Assembly: GCF_004010195.1 (NCBI RefSeq) | Contig: NC_057717.1 | Coordinates: forward strand, 103,727,360 to 103,747,359 | Reading direction: 5' to 3' | Source of the DNA: Chiloscyllium plagiosum | Taxonomy: Eukaryota | DNA: 20,000 nt | Shown: positions 8,900-18,385 of the stretch, in pieces | Position numbering within the stretch: the stretch's first letter is position 1 | How the letters are laid out: each line of letters begins with the position of its first letter | Notes under the pieces: model-generated | Database searches by the model: none | Told to the model about the DNA's origin: nothing | The model's input: only the letters and a program-made list of their open reading frames with translations | Position numbers and translations under genes: made by a program

Positions 8900-9220
8900 C
8901 ATAGAATCCCTACAGTGTGCAAACAGGCCCTTTAGCCCAACGGGTCCACACCGACCCTCCAAAGAGTAACCCAGCCATTCCCCTACCCTTACCCCTGACT
9001 AATGCACCGAACCTGAACACAATGGGCAATTTAGCATGGCCAATTCACCTGACCTGCACATCTTTGGATTGTGGGAGGAAACCGGAGCACCCGGAGGAAA
9101 CCCACGCAGACACGGGGAGAATGTGCAAACTCCACACAGACAGTCGCCCGAGACTGGAATCGAACCCAGGTTCCTGGTGCTGTGAGACAGCAGTGCTAAC
9201 CACTGAGCCACCATGCCGCA
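8900..9220 (-). mobile_element. HE1-like V-SINE, full length
   Basis: Head, V-core and tail highly similar to 3131-3438. Confidence 0.92.
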
Positions 9221-9311
9221 CAGGTTGGGCAACTAAAGATCCAACTGACTTGTCATTCCGAATTCAGGAAGCATGGAATTACAGAGGGCCTTTTTCCCTT
9301 TCCAATTACAG

Positions 9312-9514
9312 CCTGCTCGGAGCTCGGGGTCAGTCAGCTGGATTCGGTCATTCTCTCAGTTGTGGCCCTGTCGGAGGAGAACCGGCCAACTCTGGAGGAC
9401 CTGATGCCTTACTGGAAGGAACTGGAGGTCTTGGTCCAAGGGCAGAAGGTTGCATCCATCGGAGTCTCAGACTTGGACCGGGAAGTGCTGGAGGCCTTGT
9501 GCCAACACGCTCAG
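9312..9514 (+). CDS. GCLM: GCLM-like coding exon 5 ((A)CSELGVSQLDSVILSVVALSEENRPTLEDLMPYWKELEVLVQGQKVASIGVSDLDREVLEALCQHAQ)
   Basis: Acceptor tttccaattacag, donor CAG|gtatgc, 203 bp, phase 1/0; QLDSVI, PYW.ELE.LVQ and IG.SDLD motifs of GCLM (aldo-keto reductase-like fold). Confidence 0.97.
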
Positions 9515-9699
9515 GTATGCTCCCCACCCCTACACCCCACACACACCCCTCCCCACTCACCCCGGTTTCTCTTCCGTCACCATTCTCCCGAAGCCTTGTT
9601 GCATTTACAGCTCCCCAATTCCTTACCTAGGTGGATATACTCCATCACCGGTGAGGACTTCAGTCAAAGCTCAGCATGTGTCCCTTTCCAGAGTGTAAA

Positions 9700-9915
9700 C
9701 TCTCGCCTGAGCATCCCCTGCATTACTGAGGGACTGCTGCACTGCCAGATATGCTGGGTTTCTGATGAGGTGTGAAATCCAGGACCTCCTTGGCCTGAGT
9801 AATGATGCCACTGGGAGATGAACAGCCACATTCACCTTGACCAGTGTTTGTTCCTCTCTCAACATCGCCAACAGAGTGAGTGATCACATCACCGTCTGCT
9901 GCTGCACTGTCCCTT
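9700..9915 (+). mobile_element. Old DeuSINE (SacSINE1/AmnSINE-like) remnant
   Basis: TGCATTACTGAGGGACTGCTGCACTG....GATGAG..GT.AAA.C resembles the recalled SacSINE1/AmnSINE body. Confidence 0.55.
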
Positions 9916-10048
9916 CATTAAACATCGAGGATTCCAGAATGACAGACAGAGCCACCCACGTCAGGCTGACTCCAGGTTCAATCCCTGATCTGACCGCACT
10001 GTTCATCAGGTGCAATGGCAGCCGCAGAACCAAAACAGCTTAAAATCG

Positions 10049-11040
10049 TTGTGTCTCTGTGTGTGAGTGAGTGTATGAATGTGTGTGACTGTCTGTGTGA
10101 GAGAGTGTGTGTGCGCACATGTGTGAGTGTATGTATGTGTATGCATGTGTGCCTCACTGTACATATACGTGTCTATGTGGGCAAGTGTGTGTACGTGTGT
10201 ATGTATGTGTGTCTGTGCATTCCTGTATGTACATGCAGATGCATATGTGTCCATGTGTATGTATCAGTGAGTCTTGTGCATGCATGTGTGTCTGTGCATG
10301 CATATATGTGTGTGCAAGTGTGTAGAGTGTTGTGTTTGGGAGTGTACAGACAGTGGTGTGTGATTGTATAGTGGGTGTGCACATGTATGTGAATGTGTGT
10401 CAGCAAGTGTGTAAAGTGTTGTGTAAGTGTTGGTGTGTGTGGGTGCATGTGTATGCATGCCTGTGTGAGTGATTGTGTGCTTGTGCGTGAGAGTGCGTGT
10501 GTGTCTGTGTGTATGAGTGTGGATGTGTGAGAGAGTGTGCATGCATCTGTGTGTGTGAGGACTGTTTGTGTGTTTGCACGAGTGTGTGTGTATATTTGTA
10601 TATGTGTGTGTATATGCATGTGTGTCTGACTATGCATATGCCTGTCTATGTGGGTATGTGTGTGCACATATGCGTGTGTGTCTGTGCATGCATTTGTATA
10701 TGTTCGTGTGTATGTGTCGACGAGTCTGTGTGCATGTATGTGTGTCTGTGTATGCATATATGTATGTGCGTTTATGTAGTGTGCATACAAGTGTGTGTGT
10801 GCAAGTGTGCAGAGTGTGTTGTGTGTGGGAATGTGTAGTGTGTGTGTGAACAAGTGGGGTGAGAATGTGTAGTGCTTGTGCACATGTATATGAGTGTGTG
10901 TGTGTGTATGTGACCAAGTATGTAAAGCTTGTGTGAGTGTCTGTGTTTGTGTGAGCGTGTGACAGAGAGAGGGTGTGTGTGTGTGTGTGAGAAAGAGAGA
11001 GAGAGAGTGTGTGTGTATGTATGTGTGTGAGTATGTAGTG
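10049..11040. repeat. Degenerate (TG)n/(CA)n-type low-complexity tract, about 1 kb, with (GA)n patches
   Basis: Mostly alternating purine-pyrimidine TG/TA/CA runs; source of the many H/T- and C/V-rich spurious ORFs. Confidence 0.97.
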
Positions 11041-11274
11041 TTGATGTGGACTGAGATTCAGTGTAACACATGTTGTAATTGAATAAGCCTGCATATTCTC
11101 TCTTATCAAGTCCCCACTCGGAGCAGGAAATATTGAATCCATCCACACCCTCTGTCAACAGGAAGGGTGTGAAGGCAATCAGAGAGGAGCAGATAAATAT
11201 GAGAGAAATAAATCCGCAGAGAGAGAGAGAGAGGATAGAGACTGAGTTAACATTCCTCACGGAAAAATTCTTGA

Positions 11275-11370
11275 AATATTACCTCTCTTCCTCCACCCAC
11301 AGAGACTACTGCTGAGCTTCTCCAGCACTTTTGATTTCTCTTTCAGATCTCCAGCGTCCACAGTATTGTA
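11275..11370 (+). mobile_element. Degenerate Penelope-like terminal-repeat fragment
   Basis: CTGCTGAGCTTCTCCAGCACTTTT...AGATCTCCAGC is reverse-complement-similar to 12716-12790. Confidence 0.55.
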
Positions 11371-11439
11371 GCTTTATCAGTCACATCGAATCCCAATGTT
11401 TTCAGCTGCCTGATCTAACCCGGATATTTTTACTCCCAG

Positions 11440-11554
11440 GTACAACCCAGCAGTAATCAGGTGAACCTGGCCTCTTGCTGTGTAATACCACCTGACCTGG
11501 CTGCCTTCGCCAAAGACAATAATATCCAACTGCTGACCCATAATGACCCCGCAG
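11440..11554 (+). CDS. GCLM: GCLM-like coding exon 6 (VQPSSNQVNLASCCVIPPDLAAFAKDNNIQLLTHNDPA)
   Basis: Acceptor tttttactcccag, donor CAG|gtaagc, 115 bp, phase 0/1; signature SNQVNLASCCV.PPDL.AFAK...IQLLTHNDP. Confidence 0.98.
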
Positions 11555-11976
11555 GTAAGCTATCGGTTTGTTCAGGGCTTTCTCCAGGCAGTTTCTACAA
11601 TGATCTGAACAATATTCCAGGCCGTTGGCTCGATGGATTGACTGTTAGAGGTGGAAATTCCTGCTCTGGTTCTGATAGCCATCAACATGTGTCCCCCTTG
11701 ACAGAGTGGCTCGGGTTCAAATCCTACTTGAGTGATCCAGCCCCCGACAACTCGGGGAGAGAATTCTACAGACCCAATTGAGAGGGAAAGATAGTACTCC
11801 ATATTAAATATGGACCCCCCGGTTTTTAAACAACCTCTCCAAGTCTTAGCCTCCCTTAGAAGGTGAAACAGTTCAGAAAATGGTTCCGGGGGAGCAGAGA
11901 GGGGGAGGAACTTAGATATCAAGGACTTGAAACACCATAGTGTCCAAGCTGCAGGCTGAGTAGGAGAGGGGGGGGG

Positions 11977-12312
11977 TTAGAATAGAATCTTTACAGGGCA
12001 GAAAGCAGTCACTTGGCCCATTGAGTCTGCACTGACCCTCCAAAGAGCATCTCAACCAGTCTCACACCCCCAACATAGCCCTGCATGGCTTTTATTTTAA
12101 CTATTGCTAACCCATATATTACAGGGCAGTTTAGCACGGCCAGTCCACCTAGATTGTACATCTTTGGACTGTGGAAGGAAACTGGAGCACTCAGAGGAAA
12201 CCCACACAGACACGGGGAGAATGTGCAAACTCCACACAGACAGTTGCCTGAGGCTGGAATCGAACCTGGGTCCCTGGTGCTGTGAGGCAGCAGTGCTAAC
12301 CACTGTGCCACC
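11977..12312 (-). mobile_element. HE1-like V-SINE
   Basis: Head, V-core and tail as in the other copies. Confidence 0.9.
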
Positions 12313-12519
12313 TTGTGGCCATTTACCCAGTTGGGAAATGAGTGTAGGGAGGTGGGCACAGTGAGGGTGGGCAGCTTGGACAGCGGTAGTGGGAGTGTTG
12401 GGGTGCGGCCAGGAGAGACAGAATTGGAAGCCTGAGGTAGATCCTCCAGAGAGGTGGTGGGACTGGGTTGAGGGGGAGGGGGTGCTGGGTCCTGCTGGGA
12501 CAGACAGCAATCTCCAATC

Positions 12520-13020
12520 AGTGGGCAGGAATCTGCTCACATGATCAGCATTTATAACCCATCCCCCACTGCCCACGACTGTGTTCTGGGGCCGTGAAGT
12601 GTCCACCCCATTTCCTGCGGGTCTGGAGTTACATGTAGGCCAGGACAGATTAGGGAGGCCAAGATTTCCTTCCCCATTAGTGAACCCAGGTGAGCATTTA
12701 CAACATAATAATAAAACAGGGAACAGCTGGAGATCCAAAACAGAAACAGAAATTGCTGGCGAAACTCAGCAGGTCTGGCAGCATCCGTGGATAGAAAGCA
12801 GAATTAATGCTTTAAGTCTGTTGACTCTTCATCAGAACTAAGCAGTTGCAACAATGGGTTTGCTTTTAATTGCAAATTTATTAATTGAATTTAACTCAAC
12901 ATTTATGAATGAAATCTAAAGCTTAGCAGTCCCCTGGGCGGGATTCGAAACGATGCCCCACAGAATGTTAAGCTAAAAATCACTGACTTTGTGCCATTGC
13001 CAGTACATCACCATCGTCCC
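12520..13020 (-). mobile_element. Third tRNA-headed SINE-like repeat, interrupted by a Penelope-like fragment
   Basis: GGGTCTGGAGTTACATGTAGGCCAG...GATTTCCTTCCC..ATTAGTGAACC and a reverse B-box GCGGGATTCGAA near 12938-12949; a recalled shark repeat, with a related piece at 15860-15980. Confidence 0.55.
12716..12842 (-). mobile_element. Penelope-like terminal-repeat fragment with decayed hammerhead
   Basis: TGCTGGCGAAACTCAGCAGGTCTGGCAGCATC; - strand CTGATGA a GAGTC-aaca-GACTT, with the GAAAC box mutated. Confidence 0.65.
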
Positions 13021-13074
13021 TGGTGTTGTCTGAGAGATGGCTAATTGGCTGCTGTTTGCCCTGGGATACTGTGC

Positions 13075-13215
13075 AGCTTTGAAGGCAGTTCAGAGAAGGT
13101 TCACTCGACTGGTTCCTCAGGGATTAGTTTGGTAGGAAAGGGTTGGTTCTGTAGTCATTGGAGTGTCGGGGGTATCTTAGTGAAACCTGGAGGACGCTGA
13201 GTGGGCATGACAGGC
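13075..13215 (+). mobile_element. Short degenerate CR1 fragment
   Basis: Reads LKAVQRRFTRLVP, followed by a G.L.ETW remnant. Confidence 0.6.
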
Positions 13216-13309
13216 TAAAAGACAGAGTCAGAGAGTTTCTACAGCATGGAAAGTGGCCCTTTGGCCCATCACCTCTGTGCCAGCTGTTAAAATCCATTTG
13301 TTGCAATCT

Positions 13310-13567
13310 GGGCGACTTTGGGTGGCTCCGTGGTTAGCCCTGCTGCCTCACAGGACCACAGACCCAGGTTCGATTCCACCCTCTGGCAACTGTCTGTACA
13401 TCCTCCTTGTGGGTTTCCTCCCACAGTCCAAAGATGTGCAGGTTAGGGTGGATTGGCCATGGGGAATACAGGGATAGGGTAGGTCTGGGTGGGATGCTCT
13501 TCAGAGGGCCGGTGTGAACTCGATGGGCTGAAAGGCCTGCTTCCATCCTGCCGGGATTCGATGATTT
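13310..13567 (+). mobile_element. HE1-like V-SINE with internal deletions
   Basis: GGTGGCTCCGTGGTTAGC...GGTTCGATTCC head, CCCACAGTCCAAAGATGTGCAGGTTAGG core, GGGCTGAAAGGCCTG tail. Confidence 0.88.
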
Positions 13568-13699
13568 GACAGCCCAAAGCCAATCATCCCTCCCCCAGCC
13601 CAAGGACTACAGTCAGTATCTGCACAATAAAATCAATAGCTTTTTGCTTTAATTTAAGAGGAACTCAAATCTTTAATTGCCTCAAATCGAAGCCAAACA

Positions 13700-13812
13700 C
13701 AGCATAAACAGAACTCCGAAACAGACACTGGAGAAACTCAGCAGGTTTGGCAGAACCTGTGCAACGAGAGGGGCAGAGTTCAAATTCCGAGTTGTGTACA
13801 ACTCATCACCTG
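13700..13812 (-). mobile_element. Degenerate Penelope-like terminal-repeat fragment
   Basis: CTGGAGAAACTCAGCAGGTTTGGCAG homologous to 12756-12783; residual hairpin GAGTTG-tgta-CAACTC at the helix II position. Confidence 0.55.
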
Positions 13813-14102
13813 CGCATTGTTGTTTTCCCCCTGGTTATTGCTGTTGTCAATGGAGATGATCCTCCTATTCCTGGAGACTTCCTGGTCAGTCCCAGAAAGT
13901 TCCCAATCAATAGGAATCCTCCTTTAGAAATGACAGTCACATCACATGTCAGAAAATCAATGGGATCAAACTTCCCCAGAAGAATGCAAGAAACGCCACC
14001 CTACAGTGGGGTGGGGGGGTGGGGGGAGAGCTGGGGAAATGCTACAAACAGTGAATCTTTCATCGAGAATGCAGATTTACAAAAGTGGTCTCATCCGTCT
14101 AG

Positions 14103-14281
14103 ATATCCTCCCAGTGGGATCTTTCCAGCAAGCCCTGCGTACCAGTCTGCAGGACCCTCGTGCTGATGAGTGGGTACCACATTGGATCCTTCGATACTCA
14201 GCGGTCATTAAGGAGAGAGGAATCATCAAGTCAAAGGGTTACATGGTCCATGCTGAGAAACCAGCAGCAAGACACCAATGA
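14103..14281 (+). CDS. GCLM: GCLM-like last coding exon ((D)ILPVGSFQQALRTSLQDPRADEWVPHWILRYSAVIKERGIIKSKGYMVHAEKPAARHQ*)
   Basis: Acceptor catccgtctag, phase 1, 179 bp, TGA stop at 14279-14281; EWVP.W.LRYS...K.RGIIKSKGY is the GCLM C-terminal signature. Confidence 0.97.
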
Positions 14282-14884
14282 AGTTGCCTTAAGGGCAGTT
14301 GGATTTGACGCTGCCCCAGTCTGGTTCTGACTCACTCACATTCGGAAAGCTTGGTGCACAGGAAGACACAAGCTAGAATCAGCCCTGAGAAAGGACATTT
14401 GTGAGAAATGTCATTCTCCCCTCTCTTTCTTTAAGACTTGGCCCTTATGTTTTCTTTCTATGACCATTTACAGTTACCGAAACTGCATCTCAAATTGTTT
14501 ATCGCAATGGACGCATCCACCGAAAGCTGGTTGCTACAACTCCAATCGAGTGTTATGTTGTTAATCAGACTCACTAGGTTGCCACGTTATGGGATATTAA
14601 AGCAATTCTTACATTTCTATAGCAGCTTTCACGAACTCCAAGATGACTCCACGCAATGATTTGCAGCCAATGTTGTACCTGGAAACTCTGGGCAAAGTTG
14701 TGCATAAATTAAGACATCCAGAAACAGCCATGTGACAAATTGGCCAGCAAACTCAGTTGAGGGATTGTGAAACAAGGGAGTTAAAGCGAATTCAATTCCA
14801 GAAACACAAATAAAGAGAAGGAAAATGAATGAGTAGAGAGAAATAAGAGACAGAACGTAAAAGTAACAAAATAATCAAAGTATT

Positions 14885-15188
14885 TTAGTTAGAATCCCTA
14901 CAGTGTGGAAACAGGGGCCCAACAAGTCCACACCAACCCTTCAAAGAGTCACCCACCCAGACCCATTTCCCTCTGACTAATGCACCTATCACTATGGGCT
15001 ATTTAGCATGGCCAAGCCATCTAACCTGCACATCTTTGGACTGTGGGAGGAAACTGGAGCAAACCCACACAGACACGGGGGGAATGTATAAACTTCACAC
15101 AGACAGGTGCCCTAGGGTGGAATCGAACCTGGGGCCCTGATGCTGAGCAGCAGCAGCAGTGCTAGCCACTGAGCCACCATGCCACCCC
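14885..15188 (-). mobile_element. HE1-like V-SINE
   Basis: Head, V-core and tail as in the other copies. Confidence 0.9.
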
Positions 15189-15569
15189 AAATTTAAAATT
15201 GTAATTTTTTTTTAACGAGGAAAAGTTGACTAGCTGAGGTAATGAGATTGATCAGGTTAAATTGTTCCCTCTACGTACCAATTAGTTTGAGTGGTTTTGC
15301 ATTAAATTATCATATCATGAATAGGATATCAATACTATTTAGTATGAGCCCTAACATACTCAAGGGAATTTCTACAATTAATGCTGAAATTATTTAAAAA
15401 TAACAGGTGCTTTACCACAAAAGATGGTGGCAAGCCAAGTGTGGAGCATTGTAAAATCGAGAAGCTATTTCTGCAGATTTGCAATGCAACCTGGCCCCCT
15501 GAGTTTCCTCATTTGTACGTTTACCAACAGCATGCAGTGTTAACTGTGATTTTATCCCCATCTCACAGA

Positions 15570-15740
15570 AAAACAAGAGAATGGGTGTCATGGTCAATAT
15601 TTATCGTCTAGTCCACACTCAGCAAACTGGTCACTATCAGTGTGTGAGAGCTGGCTGTGAGGAAATTGGCTGCAGCGTTTCCTATATTACAGCACTCTAA
15701 CCGTGACACTGAATTGGCTGTAAGGCATTTTGTAAAGCAA
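15570..15740 (+). mobile_element. DeuSINE-like remnant (Deu core and 3' part)
   Basis: GGTGTCATGGTCAATATTT...GCTGTGAGGAAATTGGCTGCAGCGTTTCCTATATTACA...ATTGGCTGTAAGGCATTTTG resembles the recalled SacSINE1/AmnSINE1 sequence. Confidence 0.65.
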
Positions 15741-15992
15741 TAAAACTTTACAAACCGTAGTTGCATTTCCACAGCCAACGGACTGCAGGAGCTGAAGAAA
15801 GCAGTTCATCATTTACTTCTGAAGAGCAATGAGAAGCAGCCGTGCCCACATCCCTTTCTATTTCCTTTCAAGGGATGTGGGGGCCACTGGTTAGACAAAC
15901 AGTCATTGCCCGTCTATCATTGTCCTTGCACTGAATGGCTTGGTGAACCATTTCAGAGAGTAGTTAAACTCCACAGCTGGGTGCAATTCCCG

Positions 15993-16197
15993 CAGTTAAC
16001 TCAGCTGGCTGGTTTGTGATGCACAGTGATGCTAACGGTGTGGGTTCAGTTCCCACACCGGCTGAGGTCACCATGAAAAACTCTCCTTCTCTGCCTGAGG
16101 CATGGTGACCCTCAGGTTAAACCACCACCAGTCACCTCTCTCTCTCTCTCTAATGAGAGAGCAGTGCTATGGTCTGATGGGACCATAGTGATTTTAT
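15993..16197 (+). mobile_element. tRNA-derived SINE, second family (copy 2)
   Basis: GTTAACTCAGCTGGCTGG...GTGGGTTCAGTTCCC..CCGGCTGAGGTCACCATGAA...TAATGAGAGAGCAG. Confidence 0.75.
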
Positions 16198-16420
16198 CCA
16201 ATATACGGCCATTACACTGACGGGCCTGTGCTGATAAGCTACTGATTACAACCAAGCAGCATGCCATGCTTCAGGTCATCAGAGTTAAGATGGAGTACAG
16301 ATTGTATCTTGCTACTCTGAGTCCTTTTTGTCAGGTAAAGGCCTAGTCCCAAAGCTACAGGGTCGGGAGATCCTTTGACATCTAGGTCCCATGATATGAT
16401 GCAGTGTGCAACATCACGAG

Positions 16421-16534
16421 CATGCCTCTTAAAGGTATACACCATACTGTGCTCCAGACTATGTCTCTTAAAGTTAAAATGACATACTGTGTTTCTTAAA
16501 GATATACCAATAGACTGTGTCACTTAAAGATATC
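16421..16534. repeat. Degenerate ~28-bp tandem repeat (approximately TATACCAACATACTGTGTCTCTTAAAG)
   Basis: Four recurrences of the CTTAAAG core with flanking ACTGTG/ACTATG and ATA motifs. Confidence 0.65.
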
Positions 16535-16856
16535 CAGGCAGGAGGCTGGAAGAACACAGCAAGCCAGGCAGCATCAGGAGGGGCAGAAGTCGACATTTCG
16601 GGTATAACCCTTCTTCGGCACTGGGGGGTGGGTGTGTGGGGAGCTGCAGATAAAGGGGGTGGCGGGGGCAGGGTGGTGAGTTGGGGATAGGTTGAAGACA
16701 GGTAGAGGGTACGACCTGGTTGGTCAATGGGAGGAATGAATCCGGTTGGTAGCAGGGAGCAGTGGAAGGAGGGAGGGGCTGTGAAGGGAATCGGGGGATG
16801 GGGAGAGAGGTTATTTGAAATTGGAGAACTCAATGTTGAGTCCTCCGGGCTGTAGG
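16535..16856 (-). mobile_element. Penelope-like element 3' end (GIY-YIG C-terminus, 3' UTR, terminal repeat)
   Basis: - strand encodes LQPGGLNIEFSNFK*, followed by a C-rich UTR and the hammerhead-like CCGAAGA a GGGT-tat-ACCC GAAATGTC. Confidence 0.8.
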
Positions 16857-17144
16857 ATTCGACAGAGCAGGCAACAGAAATGAATGAAGGTGGTTTTTAA
16901 ACCAGGAACTTATTAAACAGGGTGATTTAGTCCATGTTCAACAGGCACTGGAAGGACAGGGCTGTCCAGTTTGTGCCGCTCAGTGACCACATTTTCTACA
17001 CTATCGCATGGGCCAGAAATGGAGTTCAAACTCATTCACGCTACATCTGGTTTCGATACCACAGCCTGTACAGGGTCACTCAGTGTCAGTCCAGAACTCT
17101 CAGTCAGTTGTTTCACTAGTAACCGACTGTGAGCACTTTAAAAA

Positions 17145-17325
17145 GGTCTGAGGTTAGAAACAGTCAAGGAGAAGTCACCATGCTGGGAGTTTTCTATGGG
17201 CCTCCAAATAGTTCCAGAGATGGAGAGGAAAGGATAGCAAAGATGATTCTTGATAGGAGTGAGAGAGACAGGGTAGTTGTCATGGGAGACTTCAACTATC
17301 CAAATATTGACTGGGAACACTATAG
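17145..17325 (+). mobile_element. CR1-clade LINE ORF2 AP-endonuclease fragment
   Basis: EVRNSQGEVTMLGVFYGPPNS...RVVVMGDFNYPNIDW (YRPP-like and GDFN motifs); runs into the gap. Confidence 0.9.
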
Positions 17326-17469
17326 NNNNNNNNNNNNNNNNNNNNNNNNNNNNNNNNNNNNNNNNNNNNNNNNNNNNNNNNNNNNNNNNNNNNNNNNNNN
17401 NNNNNNNNNNNNNNNNNNNNNNNNNNNNNNNNNNNNNNNNNNNNNNNNNNNNNNNNNNNNNNNNNNNNN
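17326..17469. other. Assembly gap (144 N)
   Basis: Run of N. Confidence 1.
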
Positions 17470-17817
17470 GGTACGACCTGGTTGGTCAATGGGAGGAATG
17501 AATCCGGTTGGTGGCGGGAGCAGTGGAAGGAGGAGGGAGGGGCTGGGAAAGGAGTCGGGGGATGGGGAGGGAGGTTATTTGAAATTGGAGAACTCAATGT
17601 TGAGTCCTCCAGACTGTTTGGTGCCCAGGTGGAAGATAAGGTGTTGTTCCTTCAATAGGAGCTGTGGTTTGTTATGGTGTTGGAGGAGGCCAAGGATGGT
17701 CATTCAGGAAGGGAGTGGGAAGGGGAATTGAAATGGGCCTTGAGTGGGAGGTCCAGTTGGCCCCTGCAGACTTGGCTGTGATGCTTGGTGAGCCATTCCC
17801 TGAATTAACATTTGGGT
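17470..17817 (-). mobile_element. Penelope-like element GIY-YIG endonuclease C-terminal fragment (pseudogenised)
   Basis: - strand reads FREWLTKH...AHFNSPSHS / MTILGLLQH...KEQHLIFHLGTKQSGGLNIEFSNFK* with a stop and a frameshift; 17470-17610 duplicates 16708-16845. Confidence 0.85.
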
Positions 17818-17836
17818 ATACCAACATACTACACAT

Positions 17837-18154
17837 GGGGTAGCACGGTAGCTCATGGCGCTAGGGATCTGGGTTCGATTCCAGCCTCAGGCGACTGTCG
17901 GTGTAGAGTTTGCACATTCTTCCTGTGCCTGTATGGGTTTCCTCCCACAGTTTAAAGGTGTGCGGGTCGGGTAGATTGGCCTTGCTGAGTTGCCCCGTAG
18001 TACCCAGGGATGTGTAGGCTAGGTGGGTTAGCCATGGGAAATGCAGGGTCACAGGGTTAAGGTGTAGGTCCAGGTGGGATGCTCTTCAGAGTGTTGGTGT
18101 GGGCTTGATGGGCCGAATGACCTGCTTTCACTCTGTAGGGATTCTATTCTATTT
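17837..18154 (+). mobile_element. HE1-like V-SINE
   Basis: GGGTTCGATTCCAGCC B-box, GAGTTTGCACATTCT core, GGGCCGAATGACCTG...GGGATTCTATTCTATT tail. Confidence 0.88.
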
Positions 18155-18221
18155 TTAAAGGTGTACTACATATTTGTGTCACATTAAGTTGTATAGACCT
18201 TGGGGGGGAAGGGGGATGGGG

Positions 18222-18385
18222 GTCAGGTTCACTCAGTTGGCTGGACAGCTGGTATATGGTGCAGAGTGATGTGTGGGTTCGATTCCCATCACCAGCTGAG
18301 GTTACCCTGAAGGACTCTCCTTCTCAACTTCTCCCCTATCCTGAGGCCTGATGGTCTGGTGGGACTATAATGACTGTTCACTTTA
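18222..18385 (+). mobile_element. tRNA-derived SINE, second family (copy 3)
   Basis: GGTTCACTCAGTTGGCTGGACAGCTGG...GTGGGTTCGATTCCC...GCTGAGGTTACC. Confidence 0.75.

Noticed and set aside
8917..9630. 237-aa ORF and similar ORFs containing CTSLDCGRKPEHPEETH or AQWLALLSHS
   Set aside because: Translations of HE1 SINE copies; the true exon 5 is in a different frame
10006..11260. His/Thr-rich and Cys/Val-rich ORFs
   Set aside because: Translations of the TG/CA low-complexity tract
13835..13930. Possible MITE or DNA-transposon remnant (CCTGGAGACTTCCTGG...)
   Set aside because: No clear terminal inverted repeats or target-site duplication could be identified
14279..14330. TGA stop as selenocysteine or readthrough
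   Set aside because: The stop falls within a few residues of the normal GCLM C-terminus, another TGA follows nine codons later, and no SECIS was recognised
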